Of a DNA stretch of 64,000 nucleotides, positions 11,880-64,000 are shown piece by piece; the stretch's first letter is position 1; each line of letters opens with the position of its first letter. Origin of the DNA: Macrostomum lignano (taxonomy: Eukaryota); assembly GCA_002269645.1 (NCBI GenBank), contig NIVC01001631.1:89886-153885 (forward strand). Direction: 5' to 3'. The notes beneath the pieces are model-generated. The model made no database searches. It had not been told where the DNA came from and saw nothing but the letters and a program-made list of their open reading frames with translations. The position numbers were made by a program, and so were the translations under genes.

Positions 11880-12435
11880 TGGGTGGCTTCAAAGCACAGG
11901 GAGAGGTGGGCTAACGCCCCCAACTACCGGCAATCCCGTGTGGTTGTCCCTTGTCTTTCCTCTGCTCTGCCTAGGGCCTTGCTTGGACTCAACTGCAGAG
12001 ACATCAGGGCGGTGACCATTGTCCTCTTGGGACGGGCTGTTTTCCCAGGCATCGCCACCTCCAGGGAAAAAATCCACAGTGAGAAATGCCCATTCTGCCT
12101 CTCCAGTGTCTAGAATGCGTCATCTGTGAATGCCCATCAGGACAGTCTCACTTACCTCGGCCTAAACCCGGACCTCTCCAACATTTTCAGGTCCGAGAAT
12201 CTCTGCCAGCTCGTCCGCTACCTAAGGGCTACCAGGCAAGTGACAATCTACCTCCTAGACTCTCCAGAGGGGGGGGGCGCTGCAGACACCGACACCACCG
12301 GAACTCTGCAAACACTACACACACACAACACTAGCTGCCCATAGTTGCCAAGGGTTAGCGAAATGGGTGGCAATGCCTCCTTGCTATTTCTGGACCCATG
12401 GAGCCCCCTACAGCTAAGTCAAGCTAAGTCAAGTA
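11880..12435 (+). mobile_element. Decayed 3' end of an R1/Loa/I-group non-LTR retrotransposon
   Basis: [19 protein letters not shown]...KCPFCL*...LTYLGLNPDLSNIF...LVRYLRATR resembles the C-terminal CCHC region of RNase-H-bearing LINEs. It ends in a (ctaagtcaag)n-like tail. Confidence 0.55.
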
Positions 12436-12635
12436 AGACCTCTGACAAACCTCATGTGAGTTGGTGCAAGTCATTAGGATAGACCAAACAATTGCCACTC
12501 ACTTGCATCAACTGGGCAAGGTGCACAAGTTGGCTCAATGGGTACCCTTTAAATTGTACAATTAGGGCCACAGATGTAGGGCAGAGGCAGCTATTTCTCT
12601 TTTTCTCCTTTAGGTATATTTATATATATATATAT

Positions 12636-13288
12636 AACTGGCTAAGGTCTATTGTTACAAGCAATGAAAAATGATGCTTATTGCTTATACATGAAAATCA
12701 AGTGTTGCTAGCCATAGTAAATGCTGATGCAACCCCTAAGCCACAGCCTAAAGCCAGACTCTAGCTCGTACCTCTGCAAGGTCATGCATTTGGTGGGACT
12801 AAAGGTATAATCTTCTACAAGCTGCTGCCACCCAACATTGATTATGGCTGACCTGTATTATTAGTAGCTAGATAGATTGGCTGCTATAATTGCATAAAAG
12901 CAACCAAATCATGATATGGTCCAATTCTTGCATAATAATATTCACTTTACATTGCCAAGGTGACTTGCCAAAGCTGGGAACTAGTGCTTTACTTCCCATA
13001 CTCCCCCAACTTGGTACCTAGCAACTACTATCTATTCTTGGCCTTGCTTAATGCCTTGAAGAGCAAAAGTTTTGCTAATAAAGAAACCCCAGATAACTAG
13101 CTCAACAATTTTTTGTCTTAAACCTAAAAAATTCTACACTAATAATATTATAATTCTGCCTAAAAAATGGTAACTAATTTGGAGCAATTAGTTTGTTTTT
13201 TCAAAGTCTTTCCACATATTTTTTTAAAAACTTCCTTGATATAGAAGAAAGTTCTGGAAATTGCAAGAACATTCTTAACAACTGAATA
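12636..13288 (+). pseudogene. Mariner (Tc1/mariner DD34D) transposase fossil, 3' two-thirds plus right end
   Basis: Fragments WLRSIVTSNEK* (IVTGDEKW), TPKPQPKARL, KVM..IWWD.KGIIFYKLLPPN, FLHNN (FLHDN), PYSP..LVPSNYYLFLALLNALKSKSFANKE (PYSPDLAPSDYHLF). TIR-like end aaattgcaagaacattcttaacaactgaata. Confidence 0.88.
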
Positions 13289-16200
13289 TTTATTTGCTAC
13301 TATAGGCTTTTTTTGCTTGTTTTGGCCTAGATACCCAATAATAAAAATATGTTTTTTAAACTAAAGTCCCTTCTATAAAGTTTAAGAAGCTACTAAATGA
13401 ATTTTAATATTAGAAAGCTTTAAAGAATAATTGATAGCTATATAAGCAATCTAATTAAATATAGCTAGCCTAATTATTAGGTCTTAAATATAAGCTAGAG
13501 GTTAGCTAACTAATAAATTTCAAAATCTAAGATAAACTCAAAAAGGATATAGTCAATTTATCCATAAAGCTAAGGACAAGGTAAAATATATTGTTATAAA
13601 ACTAAATTGTTAAATCTAAGGTTAAAGAAAAACGCAACTTTTTTTATGAAAATCTACTCACATTATTATTAGCCAACTTAGCCCCATAGTATATAGAAAT
13701 AATTTAATGTCTTACTCTTGTAAAAGAATACTTTTCTACTTATTTGCGTGGCACATTGATAAGATAGCTACTTTATCATTTATATCAATCAAAATACTAT
13801 GGTGAATCAGCTTCAGCTAGGTTGCTTGTTTAAAGTGGTAGAAAAATATATGAGAGCTATTAAAGCTCTAATATCTATATTTTTATTGTAAAATGATGCT
13901 ACGTATGCGTGACCAATGAAATAATTTAAAAGTAGACAAATTGCCTATAACTCAATTGATAATAACTCAAACATAATGTGACAAGCTAGCATAGATAATA
14001 AGAAAGAAAGAAATAATAAGAAAGTACAAATATAAATCAATGCTCACACTAAGTGCATGTATATACTAGTAGCTACACGACAAGTACTATGCAAATATAA
14101 TAAAAATTATTCATATGATATATATAGATAAAGTAGCTATCTTGTCAATATGCCAAGTTAGTATAGAGATAAGCAGAAAATTATTCCCATGTTATTATAG
14201 GAATAAAACAGAAATTATTCCTATATTTTTTCCTATAGAGATAAATACTGCCTTATTATAGCATATTAGGGGCCTATTAGAATAACCAAAAACAAAAAAT
14301 TAAAGATTTATATTTATATTTATTATTTAAGACAGGCCCTAGATAATATTAAACTTAAAGTAGTTTATTATTTAAATGAAGTTATTTTAGGTACCTACTT
14401 TTTGCTTTTTAGCCTTGCCTAGGCTTATTGCCTAAGTAGTAATAGCCTAAAAAAGTATTTATACAAGTTAAAATTAGATTGAGCCCTTCTTAGCAAATCA
14501 TAGGCCTAATAAAAAGATATTGCTTTCCATATACAGGCTTAGTTATAATTTATAGAAAAAGATGCTTGATTTTCGCATAAAAGTAATTAAAAAAGAAAAT
14601 AAATGCCATTAAAAAGTTAAAACCAAATTAATCTTTGATTTGATATCTATGATTAATGCCTATCTTTTTTTGTTTTTGAACAAAATTCAATGAAGGATAT
14701 TCATTATTTAACTAGCCAATATGAAAAAATTAGGCCTAATTGTCATTTCAATGTTAGTAGGCCTAGAAGCTCAGCTTCTAAAGAGCTATCCAATTTAATG
14801 AACATTAGAAAAAAATTGGCCTAACCAGTTAAAAATTTAGGCCTACTTGTTTTAATGCCCAATACTGGTTATATGATTGGGGATTTTTGTTTGATATATG
14901 AAATACACCTTGACCTTTTCATCTTGGCTAAAGTCCACTCCTATTTTTACTAACAATGCTAGGCCCACATTAGGGCAAGACCCTATTGAATTTAAAATAG
15001 GCTATTATAACAGTATAACTAAAACTAGCCAGCCAGGCTTTAACTGTGGCTAGCCAGGGTATTTCCCAGTTCTGCCTTGGCAAACAATTGTCCCATACAA
15101 TCCATCATTTCTACTACCTGTCATGCTGTATCAGTAAGTCTAGTTAATTTTTAAAATCTATTTTGATGCCAATTTTATTCACATCTGGACTCATTTTTGG
15201 CATTGAGCCTTGAGGTTGTAGGCGTATAGGGCCTAGCCTTTATTAAAAAGAGCACACAGTCTTTTTAATAGAGCCTTAAACTTGTAAAATGAATTTAAAG
15301 GAAGACTCCTCTTTCTGAGGGCAAGACATTTCTTTCACTAGAACTACTTCTTCTGAAAGGCCAAGGTCAAAGGCTGTTAGAAATGTTTGGGTCTTACAAA
15401 GTATACGGTAGATTCAACAGATTCAACAGTTGATTTAAATGATTAAACTTTTCAGAAACTTTCCACAAATTTAAGGATTTTCAAAAATTGCTATGTCAAA
15501 CCTTTTTCGCTTTTCTGAAATAATTTGTTTATATTTATCAGCTGTTGTACTTTTTGCAGGAATAACTCCGTCGAGGCGTCGACCATTCAGAACCAAATAT
15601 TTAATAGGTTACGAGACGTAAGCTTCAAGGACTAAGTTTAGTTAAATTGTAATAAGAAGTCTAGATTACCTTTGAGCAGTCAGCTAAAATTTTCCGATAA
15701 CTACATAATGCCAAATTCCTCACGTTTCCAACGACATGTAAATGTATCCTCTTCATCGTCATCGATAACAAAAGACACGTTAGCTGACTCGCCTATCCGT
15801 GGACTTCTTAATTTGCTTTCGTTAATAAGTATAGTAATTTGAAATGACTACTGACATAATAATTATTGATGTGTGAGTAGAGAATAATTAGTCCTTGCAG
15901 AGGCAAAAACTTAAGGAGTAATAACTAATAAACTCTCTAATGCATATGTACTTGCAAACATATATTTATATTTATAGATTCTAGACTAAAACGCCTATAG
16001 ATTCTATTCTCTTCTAAAAAAGGTGCAGAATCGATAAATTTAAAAATAGATACAAATGCAATTTTCCAGACCTTGCATTTTTATATTTTACAATTAATAA
16101 ATAGGAGACTGGATAAATAATACAGCTTTTATTCGATATTCCACTGATAGTATAAATATAGAAAAAAAACTTTCAAGCGATACCTCGGCTTCCTATTTGA

Positions 16201-16559
16201 CCTTGAAATAATTCTCTTGACCTTTGTTTTTCAGTCGATTTCAATTCCCTTTACATTGAGCAATTTCTTAGCCATGGCACATGTACTGTATCGTCACTGG
16301 AAAATTTCTGATCGAATGTGTCAAGTTTCATGAACGAAATTGAGCCGATTACCAACTTTTAGTAGCTATATAAGAAAATGGTTAGATAGTAAAGGCAAAA
16401 ATTACACCTAATGTATAAAATACTTTCCTAAGTGTAATATACGTTTTTACTATGTCCCAAACAGTACAATATCTTCTCCCGGCTCCCCCTCTTTGTACTG
16501 GTCGTTTGATCGATTGGATCACTGCAGCGGTGGCGCGGTTTGTGTCTCAACTGGTTGCG

Positions 16560-17760
16560 GAGTGGGCTGCGGAAGTCCTCGATTACTTGACGCTCTTTAA
16601 CCTCAATGCTCGGAGCTGGTCGCGACGCAGTTGTTACAAGTGCTTTCTGATTCCATGTGCTGATCGTAACGTCAGGTGAGCATTGCAGTGGTGCTAAGAG
16701 CCGAATTGAAGTGCCGCATCAGAGGCTCATAACGCTGGCGCTCGCTCTCCTCGCCGCTAGTCAGTGTAGGCCGCCGTCCTGCCTTTCCTAGATCCACTGG
16801 GCGATTATCTGGCTATGCAGAGGTGGCGTCTTTTGAGCGGAGTCAGCAAAAGAGAATGCGCAGTGCTTTAACTTCTGTCATGCATCAGCTTGGCCGGGCT
16901 CTTGCCAGTCAGGGCGTGAGACATGCTGCGATAAGCCTCCAGGAACTGCAGCAGCACGCTTTGGCATTGTGCTCCGACCTGGCTGCTCGGATGCCGTCCA
17001 TCAGAGTGTAGTGTCTCTGGTGATAATCGTGTCCGCGCTCGCGGGTCGAAGTGCGCCAGGACCGGTGGATTGCAGATTCGGCTCCTGGAACGCTCGTTCG
17101 CATTCGGTCATCCAATTAAACTCGGCGGCAGCCTTGAAAGTTGGCCTCAGAGGCACCCTGGGCAAAGTTGGGCACTAATCGCGTCAGGTAGTTGGTAACC
17201 CCAAAAACGCCTGAAGCTCCTTCCTAGCTATTTACCAGCTCCCTAAATGCCTTGGTCTGAGACTCGGAGGGGTCCATGACGTCAGCCGAAAAGACGTAAC
17301 CGAATAATTCGATCTCAGTCCTCCACAAGTGGTATTTTTCCTTGTTGGCCGTTAGGCCAACGTCCTCCATTCGCTTCAGCAGGGCTCGCAGCCTTGAATT
17401 GTGAAGACGATGAACTCCACTCCGCGCAGACTGGATATGAGGTCATCCAGCATCCTCTGGAAGGCAGAAATTGGGCCGAACGGCACCCGGCAGAACGCAG
17501 TAGATGCTCTGGTGCGTCGTAATGAATGCCGCCAAGTCTGCAGCTGCATCTTCATGTAGCCCACCTTGAGTTCGATCTTGGAGAACACGCGACCGCCGGC
17601 TGTACTGATATTTTCCGAGATCTCGTCCAGCTGAGATATCGGATGTCGGTCGATGATGAGCGCCTCGTTCGACTCGCACACACACGTCGATGCAGACACA
17701 AATGTTGCCCTTCTTGTTGTTGGTGACAACCAGGTTGAAAATCCTGTTTTTTCTGGCTTG
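16560..17760 (-). mobile_element. Ty3/Gypsy LTR-retrotransposon relic (RT, RT-RNase H connection, integrase C-terminus)
   Basis: NEALIIDRHPI..LDEI...VFSKIELKVGY...RVPFG..SAFQRMLDDL; GLTANKEK..EIELFGYV; KELQAFLG; FNWMTECERAFQE; PVLAHFDP; LLQFLEAYRSMSHALTGKSPAKLMHDR. Multiple frameshifts. Confidence 0.85.
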
Positions 17761-18539
17761 CCCCTCCGTCTAAAGCTGCCATTCATTTTATTTTTCTCAT
17801 TTTCATCTGCCCACATTTTCATTGGCTGGCGTCTTTTCATCTCTCTCTCACGTGGGCTAGTCCAATCATGTGTCTCGCCGCTGAGGCACCTGATTGACTA
17901 GCATTCCCTTTCTTCTCTCTCGCCCTTCAACTCTGTGATTTTTGCCCCCACCCCCCAGCCCTGCGTGGCTAAGCCCTCCCAGTCCCCTGCACAGTGCTCA
18001 CCCAGTTATATGCGCGCGCGGCTCTCGCCCTCCCTGCTCTCTCTCTCTCACTCTAGCCCTACGCGTGCTTAAGTGAAAGTGAAGATTCAACTAGAAGTAC
18101 ATTCAACTGAAGCTGAAAATATTAGAGGCCACGCCTGCATGAGCGCGACAAGTGACCCAGCCCGGTAAGACGCAGTGTTCGCTTTCGTTAATTTGTATCG
18201 TCTCCATTACTCACTTCTGTCGCCACCGTCTTCCTTCGGGTCTGCGAAGTATCTATACGCCTCCAGACCCGTGCTCACCTCTGCCGCTGCTGAGTGGTTA
18301 ACTGCTCACAGCCTCCTCATCTGCATCCCCCTCTCTCCGTGGGGCTGGCCGAGTGTCTGTACGCTCCCAGCCTCTCCACTTCCACCTCGAAGTGTCCGTG
18401 CGCCTCGGGGGTCGCCACTCTCTCGCCTATCGCACCCGGCAAGCTCTGGACAGTCCAGTACCCGAACCCTTGATCGCCCCATCTGCGGTCCGCACGGACG
18501 GAAGCAGAAAATACAACACGACCGGCTCAGCGGGAGCAG

Positions 18540-20417
18540 CCGGTATGGCAAGACGACCCCGCGAAAGACTCCGTTTGAGCAGGCGACCAACCTGCGAGGC
18601 AGAGGAGGCCTTGGCGGCTGTCTATCTGCAGCGCCAGCAGGCTGCTGTTAATGACGCCATTCGGGCCGTCTCTGCCGCTGGGCCCGATGCCAGAGGCCGC
18701 GTGGCCTGGTCGGCTATCAATGCTCTGACGGGGCGAAAGCGGCGCATTCCACTCAACCTGTCAGGTGACTCTGCGGACGAGCGCAGGAACGCGCTGCGTG
18801 AGTTCTTCACCGCCATTGTCAACGCGCCGCCACCCCCGCTGCCAGACAGCCTAACGCTGCCGCCGGAGATGCCATTGCCGGCAGAGGAGAGCTTCAGCCT
18901 AGCACCAGTCAGCACAGCCAACGTTGTGAGGCTCGCCCAACAGTTACCGGGCGGGAAAGCGCTGGGTCCGGACGAGGTGCCCATCGAGGCGCTACGCATC
19001 CACTGTGTGGCTAGTGGGGCCGCCAGAGTGATGAATCACGTGCTCTTCGGTGAGGAGGCACCCAACGAATGGACCACGGCGCACATCGTCGCAGTTCCTA
19101 AGAAGCCGGGCACCACGAGGCTTGAGGAGCATCGAGGTATCTGCCTTCAGTCCTGCGCTGCGAAGTTGTTCAACCGGATGCTGTTATCGCGGTTGCAGCC
19201 CGTGTTGGATCCGTACCTGCGCCATGAGCAGAACGGCTTCCGGCCCCATCGCGGCACAGTGACGCTGATCCTAGCTCTTCGTCGAGTCATCGAGGAAGCA
19301 CGGATACGCCAGTCGATCCTGATTGTTATCTTCATAGATTTCAAGAAGGCATTCGACTCGGTCGTCAGGTCTGTGCTTCCAAAGGTGCACCGTGCGTACA
19401 ACGTGCCAGAGCAGCTGATTTCCGCCATCATGGCGATCTACCGTGATACGAAAGCTGCTATTTTAACACCGGACAGCCTATCGGACTTCTTTGAGACATC
19501 CAGGGAGATACGCTTGCGCCGTTCCTGTTCGTTCTGGTGCTTGACTGGGAACTGCGGACTGCTCTTCCTACAAACGACGACGGCTTTCTGTTGCGGCGAC
19601 GCGTGGGTCGACGTCAACCGGAGAGGCGGCTCAGCGTGCTTGGCTACGCTGACGACCTCGCCCTGCTGTCCTTAACTGTTGAGGGCGCCCAACGACAACT
19701 GGACAAGCTATTTGCTGTTGCGGCGAGTGTCGGCCTGGTGGTCAACACGCAAAAGACCGTCGTGCTCTGCGTGCCGGACGACATCGAGGCAGCGATTTTG
19801 TGCCGAGGCGCTGATGAACAGGCGACAGAGCTTCCGCGTTGTCGGCAGTTCGTCTACCTCGGTGGTCTGGTTCCCGGCGTCCGCATGGATTTGCGGCGTC
19901 GCCGCGGGCTTGCCTGGGCTGCCTTTCGTTCTGTAAGGCAGTCCTGCAGTCCGAGGCCTTACCTGACCGCCAGAGGGCGGCGTTGTTCCAGGCGGTGTTC
20001 GAGACCGTCCTGCTGTACAACGACGAAACCTGGACGCTGACGGAGTCGCTCGAGCAACAAGTTGACGCAGCGCATGCTGGCCTGCTGCGCGCCGCCTTCA
20101 AGATCGGCTACAAGCGAGTGACCAACGCGGCTCTGTATCGCCTCGCTGGCCTGGTCCGTCCAAGCGACCTGCTGCGCCGTCGGCGACTCCAGCTCGCAGG
20201 CCACATCATCCACGCCGAGTCGTACTGCCCAGAGCTGGTGCAGGAGGTGCTGCTGCTAACGCTGCAGGCACCCTACCGGCGGGGGCAGGGGCAGGCGCGC
20301 ACTTGGCGTTTCGTCGACGGCCTGCTGACTGACGCCGTTGCCCCGGATTCGCGGCGGCGTGGCGTTCATCCACGACCTGGCCTTAAAGCGCGCCCTGTGA
20401 CGCTAACCTGCGTATTC

Positions 20418-20454
<37 letters not shown>

Positions 20455-20455
20455 G
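18540..20455 (+). mobile_element. 5'-truncated, frameshifted RTE-clade LINE with (TTG)n tail
   Basis: ORFs 18353-19675, 19537-20040 and 19839-20456 give GICLQSCAAKLFN, EQNGFRP, FIDFKKAFDSV, YADD, FVYLG, VLLYNDETWTL. No endonuclease domain was recognised. Confidence 0.92.
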
Positions 20456-22070
20456 ATTGCGGAGTGCGGCTCCTTCAGATGGGGACCCAATCGAGGGCAC
20501 CCAGGAGCCGCGCCACCAAGTGACCATCGGCAAGGTCGCTAAGGTTGTGAACTCCAAACAAGCGGCGTGTCGAATTCAAGGCGGGACATGTCAGTAGGTG
20601 AAATTGGTCCACCTCGTCCTTGCAGAGCCTGCAGGTGGCCTCGTCGGTCGTCCCAATACGCTTCTTATAGTAAACCGACGCCGGACAGTGGCCTGCGCGG
20701 GTCTATTATTAGAGGCAGGGGGTTGTGTGCACCCTGGCGCAATTTAAGCGTCATTGGCACACAACCGGCGAGAGGCATTACTGCCCATTCCGCCGACTCC
20801 CCTGAGCAGGCATACAAGCGCGCGGATACGTACGCAGGCACACACTCACACAGGAGTGTACAGCGGCCCTAACTTTATCAATTGTTAGGCATGTACACTT
20901 CACTGCGCCTTGGGGGGTTGGCTCTCAAGGCCGTTAATTGCACAAGCGAGCCAAGCCAGGATTCCAATCCAGCCCCAAATTAATGTGGCTGCACTTGGAA
21001 TCGAGCCTGGGTCGCGGCACACCAGAGCAGCTGCGCTACCGCTGGGCTACGCCCCCCCCCCTGCGCGGGTCTGCGAGACGAGGACCTTCTGATTTCTTGG
21101 GCCGTCGTGGAAGGTGAGGCGCCCCGAGTAGACTTCCCCCAGGTGACCCTCCAGGACGGGCTGGTACTGGACGGACCTGCGCAGCAAGTTCTTGGCGGCA
21201 GCGAGCGGCCCGCTTGGCCTCCCGGTCGGCCAGCTCATTTCCATCGACGCCCACGTGCCCCGGGATCCACTGGATGGTGATGGCTGTGGCACGGATAGCG
21301 CATCGAATGAGGTCTTTGAGCTCCTCAAGCAGGCTGTTGGTGGTGGTAGAGTCGGCTTGGATGGCTCGTATGGCGGCCTGGCTGTCGGTCAGGATAGCGG
21401 CATTTGGTGGTCCCTCCATCAAGATGTCGTCCAGGGCCAGGGAGAGGGCGCGGAGCTCGGCCTCAAAGGAGCTGCACCATCTGCCGGCCGCTGCACGCCC
21501 TGAACGGATGATCAGGTCCTGGCTGCTACAGTACAGTATCCAGGCCGCTCCGCCCAGCTGGGTGCCGCCGGTGGCCGATCCATCGGTATAGTAGCAAGTG
21601 TCAAGAAGGCGCACTCTGCAGGTCTCCTCAAAGAGGTCGCGCCTGACCTGGATGTCATCGTACTTGCTGCAGGGACTGAGGAGATTAGGGAAGAGGCGAA
21701 GACGCTCCTGGCCGTTGAGCGTTTCCCAGGGAGGCGCGCGAATCCATGAGTTCAACAGTCTCTCAAACGGGAGGAGGTTGGTTAGAATTCTATTAGCTTG
21801 CTCCAGGAGTCCTCGGTTGGCCTTGAGACGGACGTCGGCTTCGCGCTCACAGATCTGGCGCCAAGGGTTGCTGGCCTTTCTTCTTTTGGCCTTTTCAACG
21901 GCGATGAGGGCTCTCCGTTTAGCCTCGACACTAATGGGGTTACAATTTGCTTCCTTATAGACGGCCTCACAGGGAGTTTACTTCGGCAGACCGGTAACAA
22001 GTCTCAGGGCCTCACGCTGGGCCCGGTCCAACTCCTCCAATCTCGTTTTGGGCAGCCAAGGCATCCAAGC
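20456..22070 (-). mobile_element. 5'-truncated I-group (RNase H-containing) LINE, interrupted by a SINE and flanked by (CAA)n
   Basis: RNase H motifs YTDGS, SSFEAELRAL, TDSQAA, WIPGHVGVDGNELADREAK. After removing the SINE the C-terminus reads TRAGHCP...CRLCKDE...HLLTCPAL...*, followed by the (CAA)n tail. Confidence 0.9.
20705..21059 (-). mobile_element. Full-length tRNA-derived SINE (~355 bp) with 13-bp TSD CCTGCGCGGGTCT
   Basis: Head GGGGGCGTAGCCCAGCGG...GGCTCGATTCC (A/B boxes) and AAT tail. TSD at 20692-20704 and 21060-21072. Confidence 0.92.
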
Positions 22071-22679
22071 TGTTGTTGTTGTTGCTGCTGCTTTGAGAAA
22101 TGAGGAATAGGCCAGAAATGAAGGACTTTTTTTGTTCAATATGAAATGTATGAAGGCTATCCAAGCAAAAATACTGAGTAGTTATTAGTTATTGACTATA
22201 ACAGTTATTTTCTCAGGATCACATATACTAGCTATTACATGTAGCTTTGCTCGGTCGAAAAAGCATCAACAACTTCTAGCGGCGCTATGAAAGGCAAAAA
22301 TAAACCAATTAGAATCCATACGCTCGTATTCAAGAGCAGATCCCTTTTATGAATCCCTATACCCACAATTAAAATTTTAAAATCAACGCAAGATTGTCTG
22401 CCCAACGTCCTCCTGCCTACCTGCTCACCTGTTCAAAAGATCACTACTCACAATGCATGCTACCCTAGGCTAGCTCTGCAGCCTGTTTGGGGGGGGTTAT
22501 CAGGTTGTGAGGATAATTTATGCGTCGCTTACATTGCTGCACAACTTGTCTTGCTGAGTGGCTAATTTAAAAAATGGGACGAGAAGCTAATGGGGACTAA
22601 ATTAATTTCAATAGCACGTAAATGGCAATGTGCAAGGACTACTAAAGTCTACTATTCCTAGTAGTCCTTGTTGAACGCG

Positions 22680-23120
22680 GAGGAAACCGTGGAGGGGAAA
22701 CACCGGAGGGGAAACGCCGGAGGGGAAACGCCGGAGGGGAAACGCCGGAGGGGAAACGCCGGAGGGGAAACGCCGGAGGGGAAACGCCGGAGGGGAAACG
22801 CCGGAGGGGAAACACCGGAGGGGAAACGCCGGAGGGGAAACGCCGGAGGGGAAACACCGGAGGGGAAACGCCGGAGGGGAAACGCCGGAGGGGAAACGCC
22901 GGAGGGGAAACGCCGGAGGGGAAACACCGGAGGGGAAACGCCGGAGGGAAACGCCGGAGGGTAAACAACCTGAGGGAAAACACCTGAGGGAAAACAACCT
23001 GAGGGAAAACACCTGAGGGAAAACATCTGAGGGAAAACACCTGAGGGAAAACATCTGAGGGAAAACACCTGAGGGAAAACATCTGAGGGAAAACACCTGA
23101 GAGAAAACACCTGAGGGAAA
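22680..23120. repeat. 14-bp satellite (ggaggggaaacgcc) grading into (tgagggaaaacacc/atc)
   Basis: About 30 copies upstream of the mosaic gene ATG. Confidence 0.95.
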
Positions 23121-23557
23121 ATATCCGTAAGCCGCCAGACACAGCCATGCATAAGCGTAAAGCATCAATCTGAACGAGAAGCTTATGAGAGTTCATTGCA
23201 AGAGCTTAAATTCATTGGTTTAAAGCCGACAGACTCATTCTCTCTTGCATTGCCATGGCGACAGAAAAATAAAATGAAAATAAACCAGGCCTGAGTACGA
23301 TGTAAAACTAGCTGGAGAACTGGATTAAAGGAGGGAGGAGGTCTTGTAATCTCGGATCCATCCAATGAGCATGCTAAAATTTGTAAATTCACATATATTC
23401 CCTCGTAGGGTAAAGTTTTCTATCTCAATCCCCAGGTCCCATATCCCTAGCAACTCGCTCAGATCTCATTTTTTCAACTACGAGCTAATTACCGTCTGTT
23501 ATAGCTTACTAATTGTCAGCTTCTGAAGGCACGAATTGCCTCAGCACTCGGCGATCA

Positions 23558-64000
<40,443 letters not shown>

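Noticed and set aside
16969-17178. AP-endonuclease N-terminal motif (RFGSWNARS) on the plus strand
   Set aside because: It is the antisense of the Gypsy segment FNWMTECERAFQE/PVLAHFDP, so the match is coincidental.
18050-18170. Possible non-coding first exon of the mosaic gene (donor CCG|GTAAGA)
   Set aside because: Only a donor-like motif is present, within transposon-rich sequence, with no independent support.

Overview
This is eukaryotic (metazoan) genomic DNA: intron-rich, with GC-rich exons and many mini/microsatellites and SINEs. The style resembles a free-living flatworm such as Macrostomum, but that is an inference I cannot verify. The left part carries a Rab3 gene (minus strand, last exon off-window) and a 4-exon LAMMER/CLK kinase (minus strand). 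11.7-22.1 kb is a transposon graveyard: a transition-riddled mariner fossil inside a CpG-depleted island, a Gypsy relic, and an RTE LINE whose microsatellite tail holds an I-group LINE that in turn holds a SINE. From 23558 to the window end I could chain by hand 58 phase-compatible plus-strand exons (about 10.9 kb of CDS, at least 3645 codons, still open at 64000). They encode a secreted mosaic protein made of three diverged tandem super-modules: C-type lectin, variable segment, kringle, F-type-lectin-like, Methyltransf_FA-like, F5/8C, F-type-lectin-like, F5/8C x2. The gene has one in-frame Trp-to-stop, two GC-AG introns, a kringle cassette exon inside a lectin domain, and a 54-bp in-frame multiplication of a splice acceptor. 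Its introns hold nested TIR elements, including a 39-bp mini-element with an 8-bp TSD. All exon boundaries, domain calls and counts are manual, with no database searches.
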